Assembly: GCA_964016885.1 (NCBI GenBank)
Contig: OZ024741.1
Location: forward strand, 44,578,001-44,642,000
Length of the DNA stretch: 64,000 bases
From: Eledone cirrhosa
Taxonomy: Eukaryota
Reading direction: 5' to 3'
The notes under the pieces are model-generated. The model searched no databases, was not told the origin of the DNA, and saw nothing but the letters and a program-made list of their open reading frames with translations. Position numbers and translations under genes: made by a program. Shown here piece by piece: positions 14,942 to 25,700 of the stretch. The stretch's first letter is position 1; the number at the start of each line of letters is the position of its first letter.

Positions 14942-15332
14942 ATAATTGTTTCTACTTTAGGCACAAGGCCAGCAATTACCCAGTGCATTACTGGTACTTT
15001 ATTTTATCGACCCCGTAAGGTTGAAAGGCAAAGTCAACCTCGTTATCGAGTATGGCCATTGCACGATATAACATAATTAATAATTATCACTTAATGCTAT
15101 CATGCAATGCCTGTGCGTGAAGATTTTTTTTAAGTGAGGAAAGACTGTGCACTGAACCAATCCCAATCTCTGAGCGACAGTAACTAAAACCCGAAAAGAA
15201 GAAAAGATCAACAACATCGGTAACTACTGAGCTGCAGGTTTTATGTCGGAGTTATCCCAGTTTCCTGAGTTGCCTTCTCCTAGAAGAATGCCCTGACAAA
15301 GGCTAGGGGTCTTTCTTTCCCAGTGGCTTAAC
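14942..15332 (-). mobile_element. Chimeric non-autonomous retroelement: RTE 5' UTR + RTE 3' stem-loop + SINE A 3' half
   Basis: 15038-15332 matches 22444-22697 joined to 26553-26579. 14942-15042 is the SINE A core and tail. The 5-bp overlap is CGAGG. Flanked by (TACA)n. Confidence 0.85.
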
Positions 15333-15494
15333 ATACATACATACTTCATACACACATCCATACATACATGCATACATGCACCCAGTCATCCATACGTACA
15401 AACATGCGTACATTCATACCACAGTATATATATGTGTGTGTGTGTGGATGTGGGTGTGAGAGAGAAAGTGTGTGTGTGTATGTCTGTGTGTGGC

Positions 15495-15543
<49 letters not shown>

Positions 15544-16483
15544 GGAGAGGAAGGACAGAGAACGAGAAGAGAGAGAGAGGGAGAGATATTGATATAGATA
15601 TATAGATATAGGTATATGTATAGATGCATTTATATTTCTCTCTGCTACTTGCTGGCATTTTGACCTCTTCATTTCACCTGATTCTTTTAACAAGTTTATT
15701 AACAAATTATAACGTAACAGCGTGAAATAGTATATCGGTTCTCCATCCATCAATTTTGTAAGTTATCGCGACTTTTCTCATGCCAGCACTTTCAAAATCT
15801 ATAGCTTCATTCAGATTCCACAAATAAACACTAGCTGAAGTTTAGTGTTAAAGACATTTACATTTGATTGATGGTTTTATTAGACAATTAACGATGTATC
15901 TCATCCATCACATTTCCTATTACACCAACTGCTGTTATTGTATTTAGTTCTTAATATCATTTTTCTTTTTTTTTTCTTTACTTTTTTCGCTTCCAGAAAA
16001 TTCCTCACTTCTAAAATTGCCCAAAACTTTCCTGAGAAATTCCTCATGAATTGATTTTCAGCACACACATGCACAAAATAAATGTTCAACGTTTCGTTGA
16101 GAAATAAGGAAGAAAAATCGAACAAAACTAAACGAAGTGTAGAAAAAAAATCACTCATGAAACTTCAGCAAATCGTATAACACAAGTAATTCTTTTTTTA
16201 AAACTACGATAAGGAGTAAAATTACAGCTAACATTTTTGTAAATATCTAACGACAAATATGAGATAATTCACAATAATATACTTATGTGAATTACTTATA
16301 TTTTCTCATTTTAGCCATCGTCGGAACTGTTGATTGATATCTGTTTTAACGTTTTATTTATTCATTTTATCTGGAGGAAAGGACTGTGCACATGATCTTA
16401 GAAGTAAGATTCTGGAGGGCCGGTATGAATAGTAGAATGTAATCAATAATTTTGTGGGGATATTATATTTTAGTCGAGTTAGG

Positions 16484-16677
16484 CCGTTGGATTGGCAACA
16501 CGTCGGACAGCGTGCTTCGCGGCACGTTCTGATTTCAAATCCCACCGAGGTTAACTTTGCTTCTCATCATTACGGGGTCAATACAATAAAGAACCAGTAA
16601 AGAACTGGGGCGGATTTAGTCGACTTTCCCCTCCCCCTAAAAACTGTTCTCCTTGTGCCTAAATCAGAATCCATTAT
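16484..16677 (+). mobile_element. tRNA-SINE family A (older, longer variant)
   Basis: TGGATTGGCA A-box region, TTCAAATCCC, family core, and GTCGACTTTCCCCTCCCC segment. Confidence 0.8.
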
Positions 16678-17004
16678 GTATTTGTCGATTTAGTCATGCG
16701 TGTCTGAGTTAAATGGTTATGAGACGACTGGAGTAAATTTGGAGCAAATAGGTGACTCAGTGAATTTAGAAAATGAAAAGTTGGTATATGATGGTTGTTT
16801 ATCTGTGCTTGGCAGCACAAACATGACATACCCGACATAAACATCCAAACTGAATGAACTGTATAAGTTGTTTGTATCTTCTTATTTGAAGAGGAGAGTC
16901 CATCGCACATAAATACGCACGCACACACACACACACACCATATTTATATATATATATATGTATATATATACACACACACATACACACACACATATATATA
17001 TATA

Positions 17005-17839
17005 GGAACAAACGTGCTGCAAATGGGTTACATATGAATAAAGTTAGTCCTTCATCAGTGATCTTCCAACCATCATTGGTATTTCATCGCTTTAAAGACC
17101 ATATACCTCCGGTTGGTGCGAGCAACGGCTAAAGAAAGTCGTTGGGACACGTAAATAAGGGGAACGAGCGAGAGTGTAAACAAACAAAGATGGTAAAGCA
17201 ATGAAAAGTGAGGAAGAAGAGTCAAGTCCCAGACACGCAGCTCAATTGTTCTCATATTCACACATATATTTTCCCCCGCTGTGACCCGTCTATTTCGTTC
17301 TTACTGCTTCCTCTTTCTCTGTATCTTTACCCCCTCTAACAGTCACTCTCTCTGTTAGCCTCTTCCGCACCCTTCACTCACTCACTCTCTGCTATTACCT
17401 CTCCTACTTCCTCCCGTTTGACCTGTGCGTAATTCTTTTCTCGCGCACGCTTGACCAGGCTGGTTCCCTTTTCTCTCTCTCGTCTATATTTCACAGAACT
17501 TATGTTCACCGAATTCACGGACTGGACGCCTTCTTCCTCCCGTTTGACCTGTGCGGAATTCTTTCCCTGCTCACATTTCGACTAGGTTTGATGGTCTTTA
17601 TTCTCTCTCATTCACGATTTCACCGAACTTATATTCATGGAAATCTGGGACTTGACTCTTTCTTCCTCGTTTTTCGTTGCTTTACCATCTTTGTTTGTTT
17701 ACACTCTCGCTCGTTCCCCTTATTTACATGTCCCAACGACTTTCTTTAGCCGTTTATCGCACCAACCGGAGGTATATGATCTTTAAAGCGATGAAATACC
17801 AATGATTGTTGGAGGATCACTGATGAAGGACTAACTTTA

Positions 17840-17843
<4 letters not shown>
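17005..17843. mobile_element. S-family non-coding element with partial inverted copy
   Basis: Minus arm 17005-17232 mirrors 17644-17843 plus an extension. Plus body 17233-17843 has an internal duplication of about 127 bp. (TA)n on both sides. Confidence 0.8.
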
Positions 17844-17885
<42 letters not shown>

Positions 17886-17889
<4 letters not shown>

Positions 17890-17983
17890 AGGTTGTGGTA
17901 AGGTACCAGTTGGACATTAACCCACCAAAGTTCGGATCTAGCTGTCGAATCGGGCGGAGCTCAGCCGTCGGGGTCCTGAATCT

Positions 17984-17988
<5 letters not shown>
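17886..17988. mobile_element. Short N-family PLE composite in (TA)n
   Basis: Minus piece TGTGGTAAGGTACCAGTTGGAC.. joined to plus piece AGTTCGGATCTAGCTGTCGAA..GCCGTCGGGGTCC..TTTTCATA. Confidence 0.75.
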
Positions 17989-18044
<56 letters not shown>

Positions 18045-18074
18045 GATATACACACACACGCACACACATATGTC

Positions 18075-18168
<94 letters not shown>

Positions 18169-18169
<1 letters not shown>

Positions 18170-18532
18170 AAGTATGTTTTGAAACAGTGAGCAGGTTTGA
18201 AATTAGAAAATAGAATAGCTTTCACCGTATTTTTGACTAAAGGAAATTTAGCCTGATAATGGGGTTTAGAACCCTCAGGTAAATGGAAAAAGATGAGTAT
18301 TGACGTACATGGGAGTCGAACCCACAGAATGTAGCTTCTAATTTGAATGGAAAGAGATGGGTGATGTGTTGGTGTAATGGTAGCACAGTGGTCGCGATAA
18401 CCAAAGATGTGGGTTCGACTCCCATGTACGTCAATACTCATCTTTTTCCATTTATCTGAGGGTTCTAAACCCCATTATCAGGCTAAAATTCCTTTAGTCA
18501 AAAATACGGTGAAAGCTATTCTATTTTCTAAT
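18169..18532. mobile_element. tRNA-containing inverted-repeat insertion in microsatellite
   Basis: 125-bp arms 18202-18326 and 18408-18532, left extension 18169-18201, tRNA-like sequence spanning the spacer and right arm. Confidence 0.8.
18363..18433 (+). pseudogene. tRNA-like sequence (Pol III A and B boxes), probably not a functional tRNA
   Basis: Cloverleaf: acceptor GATGTGT/GTACGTC (3 G-U pairs), D stem GTGT/GCAC, anticodon stem TGGT/ACCA with loop CGCGATA (lacks U33 and R37), T arm GTGGG-TTCGACT-CCCAT. Confidence 0.75.
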
Positions 18533-19033
18533 ATATATACATATATATATATATATATGGATGGATGGATGGAAGTGTTTGTGCGTTTATGTTGACCCAG
18601 GATTTTCATCTCCATAAACATTGATGATTAGCAATTTCCCAAATCTCCATATTTTATATACTGGTGTTTTCCTTCTTCATATAACAACATAGTAAATAGT
18701 AAAGCCATTCCAATATATACACAGTTTAGCATTTATCAGTTTAATGTTTACTCTCACTTTAAATTTAGTATAATCAATATATATAAATGGATTTTAGCCA
18801 TATATATTTTATTATTGTATTCTTTTATTGTATGCAGTTTTTAGATTGCGGCCAGGCTGGAGCACCGCCTTCAATATTTTTCCTCGTGTCTATCGACCCT
18901 TGATATTTATTCGTTCGCATCTGGCAATTATGTTCTCGATTTTGCTTTGCCAAACAGATAAATTACGTGACAGACACAGACACACACTTAAACACACATA
19001 CGTATGCACACACAAACGCATAGACACTTTTAC

Positions 19034-19112
<79 letters not shown>

Positions 19113-19556
19113 CCATAATCACAATAATATATATATGTGTGTGTCTGTCTGTGTGTGTATGGGTGTATGTGTGTAGAAATGCCTGCGTTAAGCAAACAAA
19201 TATCGCCTAATATTCATATTCAATAGTATTTATAATTACGAGTATAATAAAGCGAAATATTGTTAGTATGCATAAAAAGGGGTCGTCGTCTTGCGAGCGC
19301 CTTTTCGACTAAACGTAATTTGAATGTGCAGGCAAATGTCATAAGTTCTTAATCGCATTAATCTCTGGTCTATGTTATCCTTGACGGGATCCGAATATTT
19401 CCACACGTTCCGTTTACAGAGCTTATAATTGACAAAATAATGGAGTTTAAAGACAACTTATTAGTATGTTTTACAATTGTTCCTATACCTATAATCCTGT
19501 AAATTTTCTTCCCTCATTCTTTCGGAATGTTCCTGAGTGAACCTGTGTATTTTCCC

Positions 19557-19640
19557 AATTAGTAGAATGCCTTGAAGAATATTTCTACACCGTACGTTTA
19601 AGTACGATGTAGAAATATTCTTCAAGGCATTCTACTAATT
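19557..19640. repeat. 39-bp-arm fold-back inverted repeat
   Basis: Arms 19557-19595 and 19602-19640, one mismatch, followed by a short tandem duplication. Confidence 0.9.
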
Positions 19641-19866
19641 TGTTTTACTTCATTCTACTAGTTTGTTTTACTTCAAAAAAGAGATTTAATAGAGTGGTAT
19701 ATTTAAAAAAAAAACATGGAATAATTCGGATATAAACAGGTAATGATGTTCTAAACGTGAGTGGTTTCATTTTCTCTGATAAGACACATGGATGGAGTCA
19801 AGTTACTATGAGTGGCATCTAATTAGTTGCTTTGCTTAGCAGTTGCGAGTGTGTTTCTGATTCACA

Positions 19867-20084
19867 TACGAGGGGATGCTAAAGTGTTCCTGGCTTTAAG
19901 GGTATAGCGAAAGGGTAGAGCCGTTTCCTTTACAGGGGAGGTAGAAGCGCTGAAGAAGGTGAATCTGAGAGCGGAATATGTTGAATAAAATCATAATTAA
20001 CTGATCCTTCTGTATTTTGTTTTAACTGATCCTCCTGTATTTTGTTTTACCCAACCCAGGAACGTTTCAGCCCACCCTTTCATA
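19867..20084 (+). mobile_element. Mariner-derived MITE
   Basis: TA-CGAGGGGATGCTAAAGTGTTCCTGG.. / ..CCAGGAACGTTTCAGCCCACCCTTTCA-TA degenerate TIRs. Internal GAATATGTTGAATAA = EYVE*, a mariner transposase C-terminus. Confidence 0.75.
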
Positions 20085-20531
20085 AAATAACCAGTTGAAT
20101 TTCATTGTACGTAAGTCATTTTCTTATAAATATGTAGTATAAAAATAAATTTAATTGTTAAAATTTTTAGGAGAGTTTATTATCTCAGAATATTTTATTA
20201 GCTAGCATATAAATAGCCCCTTGTCTAAATGTAACCCATCATCTTTTGATATCCCTGAGATATGATACTGTAAATCCGAGTGTATGAATAGGTATGACAA
20301 TCATCTGGGCAGGTCAAAGAATGTTTATCTCTAGGACTCTGAAGGCAATATTTCAGTGTCGAAGCGTGTTACATCCATAATTACAGTGTAGATGATGTTT
20401 AAGGGTTAAATGTCCAAGTATTGCACATTGTTAATAATAGAGTAGTAAATTATATTGTGTTAAGCAAATATATATATATATATATATATATATGGGGGGA
20501 GGGGGTTCGAGCGTTCGTGTGTGTACACAAC

Positions 20532-20700
20532 GGGGGCTTTCTGCAATTTCTTTCCACCTAATTAACTCAAACTCACAACATATTGGTCCAAACAAGGATA
20601 TAGTAGAAAACAATTACCTAAGGTGTCATGCAGTAGGGTGGTACCCAGAACCAACGACAGTGCTAAGCGAACGTCCTCTTCACTCAAACATGGCTGCTCC
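20532..20700 (-). mobile_element. Degenerate CORE-type tRNA-SINE
   Basis: GGGCTTTCTGCAATTTC..ACTCACAA..TATAGTAGAAAACAATTACCTAAGGTGTCATGCAGT resembles the reverse strand of a cephalopod CORE-SINE as I recall it. A weaker copy lies at about 9335-9470. Confidence 0.5.
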
Positions 20701-21037
20701 TATATATATATATATATATTCGATAAAAAGAAATATCAACAATCATTCTGATTGAAGCAAAGTATTCAGAAACCATAAAATACCTTCTTAGTATTTTAGA
20801 ATCTCTGCCTGTCTAGCCACCTTATTTCTCTACTCAACTATCGATTGTATGTATGTGTTGTATGTATGCATGTATTTATGTATGTATCTATATATGTGTG
20901 TATACATACACACATATATGAATATATATATATACATATGTGTGTGTGTAGAGAGAGAGACATATCTATATATATATATACATAAATACATATAAATGTA
21001 TATGTGTGTATAAATATGCATACACACACATACATAC

Positions 21038-21123
<86 letters not shown>

Positions 21124-21129
21124 ATATAC

Positions 21130-21160
<31 letters not shown>

Positions 21161-22015
21161 TGTATTTATGTATGTATGTATGTATGTATATACAAGATAT
21201 GTAGGGAGCTTATAGATAGGACAACACACGCTGTCTCTTCGTGGGGTAAGTTTTTAATTAATTTTTGTATTCTGAAACATCAAAATACAACAATTTGTTG
21301 GTTACTGGTCTCGGGAATGTCACGACAGAAGTTTGTGGAAGTTACACAAATATTTTAGTATATTTTAGCAGAGCAATCCTTATTTATATTTTACATTTAC
21401 TTACATCTCAATATAACATGGCTAGAATTCAAATTTTGCTAAGAGAAGAAAACGGTCAAATGAACTAGATACATCTTACTGTCCACACCACCACAATAAC
21501 GTCTACACTCTCTCCCCACCATCACATGTCATTACCATACCATACCCTATCGAGACTAAAGTCATCGACCTGTTGTCAAACTTTCTACTCTCTGATGAAT
21601 GTATATATGTGTGTGTATGTATATGTGTGTATATACATCACTCAGTCAAACAACCAGATTTCAACCCCAACATCTACAACAACAACACCGGCCCTAATGT
21701 TTACAGCAACAACAGCTTCAGAATGAACTGAAATGAACATTTACAACAATTACAACAACAACAACAACAGCGGCATCAAAACATAAAAAAAGGAAGGGAA
21801 AAGAAAAAAGAAAAGGGAAGGGGAAAAAAAAAAAAAAAAAAAAGGAGAAAAAAAAGAAAGGAAAAAAAAAAAAAAAAAAAAAAAACTCAAAATAACAAAA
21901 CACACACACACACACACACACACAACAGAACAACAACATCAACTGCCACCACCACCACCACCGCCACCGCCGTCGCCATCACCATCACCAGCGACCTGGC
22001 CTTAAGAACAACTTT

Positions 22016-22122
22016 AATAATAATTTTTCTGCGTTTGGCACGGATCCAGCGACTGGCCAGCGCATCACTGGTACTCTCTTTTGTTGACTCCGTGGAGAGC
22101 CATAACTCTATGCTGTAAAGCA
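22016..22122 (-). mobile_element. Degenerate, internally deleted SINE A remnant inside the 5' extension of the RTE insertion
   Basis: TTTGGCACGGATCCAGC..CAGCGCATCACTGGTACTCT..TTGACTCCGT..GCCATAACTCTATGCTGTAAAGCA aligns to the reverse complement of SINE A. Confidence 0.6.
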
Positions 22123-22365
22123 ATTATAGTAATACTGGACTGTAATACGATCGGCTTCAACTATACAAACTCTTGAAAGTCAACAGTTGACATAATCTGG
22201 TAATCCTGTATCAGTAATGACGGTAATATATATATATATATGTGTGTGTGTGCGTGTAAGTGAGTAGAGTAGCGTGTGTGTGTGTTTGTTGTGTGTGTGA
22301 GTGTTGCTGTGTGCACGCATATGTATGCGTGTGTGTGTATGTCGTACGTATAAGTGTCAATAAGT

Positions 22366-22401
<36 letters not shown>

Positions 22402-22702
22402 GCGGGGACATAGAAATAATCGGGCTGGATGCCCGATCGCGCAGTTAAACCACTGGGAGTGAAGAACCCCTAGCCCATGTCAGGGTATTCTTCTAGGAGA
22501 AGGCATCTCAGGAAACTGGGTTAACTCCGATATAAAACCTGCGGCTCAGTAGTTACCGATGATGTTGATCTTTTCTTCTTTTCGGGTTATAGCTACTGTC
22601 GCTCAGAGAGTGGGATTGGTTCAGTGCACAGTCTTTCCTCACTTTAAAAATATTCGTCACGCACAGGCATTGCACGAGTGCATTAATAATTATTAATAGT
22701 GT

Positions 22703-22737
<35 letters not shown>

Positions 22738-22742
22738 TATTA

Positions 22743-22778
<36 letters not shown>

Positions 22779-22788
22779 CCCCAATTCA

Positions 22789-25700
22789 ATGATGTTCCAG
22801 AACAATGTAAACGAGATAATTGGCAATTTGGGTTCTGGAACAAAAAAGATCATTGGCAATAAGGGCAGGGGCCCCAAGTTATCACAACCTGGGCCCGCCC
22901 GTCATCGTGCCATTGTAATAGAGCCAAACAGGGCATTTAGTCTTGGCTGCTGGAACGTACGGACGCTGCTTGACAGGGATTCTTTGGAGCGTCCTGAACG
23001 AAGGACCGCTCTTGTTGCGAAGGAGCTTCGACGTTACGATCTTGACATCGTGGCTTTGTCTGAGACGAGGTTAGCTGGAGATGGTCATCTTACGGAATTT
23101 TGTGGAGAATATACATTCTTCTGGAAAGGAAGAGATGAAGGAACCAGAAGAGAGGCTGGGGTAGGATTTGCTGTTAAGACTGTACTGGTGAATAAATTGG
23201 AAGAATTCCCAGTGGGGATTGGTGAGCGTCTTATGTCCATGAGAGTTCCGCTGGACAAGGGAAGATATGCTACCCTGGTGAGTGTGTATGCTCCAACTAT
23301 GAATTCTGTCGATGAAGAAAAACTGTCCTTTTACCATGCCTTGAAAGGTGTTTTAAGAAATATCCCTCAGGCAGACAAAGTCATCGTGCTTGGTGACTTT
23401 AATGCTAGAGTGGGTAGGGATTTTAACACATGGAATGTAATCGGAAGGCATGGGGTGGGAAAGTGTAACAGCAATGGTATGCTCTTGCTGCAGATGTGTG
23501 AGGAGCTGGATCTGTGTGTTACCAACACCATGTTCCAACAAAAGAACAAATTCAAGACCACATGGATGCATCCTGCATCTAAGGAATGGCATCTTTTGGA
23601 CTACGTCCTAGTCAGGATGCGTGACAGACAGGATGTGCGGTGTGTTCGTGTTCTTCGTGGAGCTGAGTGCTGGACGGACCACCGCCTGGTACGCGCAAAA
23701 GTGAATCTAATCACCAAACGTAAAATCCGGGCTCCTGGTGTTACCCTGCCCAAAAGATTGAATGCTGCTCGTCTTAAGGATAAAAATGTGAAGAGGACAT
23801 TGGAAGAAGAGATGCAGGCTGCAGATCTTGGTGAGGATTGGCCGACCCTTAAAAAGTCGGTTTATGATGTAGGCAGACGTGTTCTGGGATTGGTGCAGAG
23901 AAAACATCAGGACTGGTTTAATGAGAAAGATGTGCATATAGATGACTTGTTGGCTGATAAGAGGCGCGCTCTGTCACGCTACTTGACGGCAAGACCACAG
24001 GAGAGGAATACGTTGCATGAGGAGCTCAGGGATGTAAAATCACGTGTTAGGCGGAGTCTTTCTCAGATGAAGGATCAGTGGTGGAGTGAGAAGGCTGGTG
24101 AGATACAAACTGCGTCTGATTGCAATAACACAAAGCTGTTGTACAGTCTCTTGCGTGAGGTTTATGGACCGTCTTCTTCTCTGGTGACACCGATTCGCAG
24201 CGAGGATGGCAAAGAACTTCTTCGTGACTCACAGGGAATTCTACGAAGGTGGCGGGAGCACTTTGATGATCTTTTGAATCAGCCGTCTGTCGTCAGTGAA
24301 GATTTCCTCAATCTCATTCCGGAAAGTCCTGTGAAAGTAGCTCTCGCAGAGCCTCCGACACTTGTGGAGGTTGCAGTGGCTATTTCGAAGCTGAACAGTG
24401 GAAGATCTCCAGGTATGGATGGCATACATGCTGAGCTCCTACAATATGGTGGTGAGAGACTCCTGCAACATCTTCACTCTCTGTTTGGAAGGATATGGGC
24501 TAATGAATCCGTGCCTGAGGACTGGAGAGATGCAGTAATGGTGGTCTTGTACAAGGGAAAGGGTAACAGGAATGATTGTGGGAACTACAGAGGTATATCA
24601 TTGCTTTCTGTCGTGGGGAAAGTTTTATGTAGGGTGCTTCTGGACCGTCTGCTGACACACATTGCAGATTGTGTCCTTCCTGAAAGTCAATCTGGTTTTC
24701 GTGTTGGACGCGGCACTACTGATATGGTCTTCTCAGCTAGACAGCTCCAGGAGAAGTGCATTGAACAGGGCTTGGATCTGTATCAGGTTTTTGTCGATCT
24801 GACAAAGGCTTTCGATACTGTCAACAGAGATGCATTATGGAGGGTTCTCCAGAAACTTGGTTGCCCTGATAAGTTCCTTGCTTTAGTTAGGTCTTTCCAT
24901 GACGACATGAAGGCTTGGGTTAATGTCGGAGGTAGCGTGTCGGAGCCTGTCTCAGTAAAAAATGGAGTGAAACAGGGGGATATTCCAGCACCGACCCTGT
25001 TTGCCATATACTTTGCAATGGTTTTCTGTATTGCATTCAGGAATTGCGAGCATGGTGTTTACATCCGATATCGAACCTCAGGCAGCATATTTAACATCAG
25101 GCGCTTTGCTGCGAAGACAAAAGTATTTACATCAGTCATAAGAGACCTCTTGTATGCAGATGATTGCGATCTTGTAGCGCACACAGAGAGTGATATGCAG
25201 CACATTTTGAATGTATTTTCTGACGCTTGCACTGCCCTGGGTTTGACTGTCAGTCTCAAGAAAACCGTCGTCATGTACCAACCTGCACCTGGTAGGCAGT
25301 ACACTGAACCAAACATCTATGTGTATGGCAAACGACTTGGAGTGGTTGATCAGTTTGTCTACCTGGGAAGCACTGTCAATCGATACGGCAACCTTGACAG
25401 TGAAATCTCACTTAGGATTAGGAAGGCAAGTGATGCTTTCGGAAAGCTAGAAAGGCGACTCTGGGGTCGGCGAGACATATGCAGGAGGACAAAGGTAAAG
25501 GTGTACAGGGCATGTGTACTCTCTTGTCTTCTTTATGCCTGCGAGACCTGGGTCACATATCGACGCCACCTTAAGCAATTGGAGCGTTTCCATCAGATGT
25601 GTCTCAGACGGATACATGGCGTTCGCTGGAGGGACCACATCAGTGATGTCGAGATTTTGGAAAGCTCTATGTGTGACAGTATAGAAGCTCTTGTGCTTAA

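Noticed and set aside
17771-17800. SECIS element (ATGA..AAA..TGAA) in the S family
   Set aside because: Helix II is far too short and there is no associated UGA-containing ORF.
18363-18433. Functional tRNA-Ser(CGA) gene
   Set aside because: Anticodon loop lacks U33 and purine 37, no long variable arm, three G-U pairs in the acceptor stem, embedded in a repeat.
20215-20409. Second piggyBac-like MITE ending AAGGGTTAA
   Set aside because: Only one plausible terminus found.
22400-22700. HDV-like ribozyme in the RTE 5' UTR (TTCCTCAC resembles L3)
   Set aside because: Known in other RTEs, but I could not build P1/P1.1/P2/P3 by eye; needs a descriptor search.
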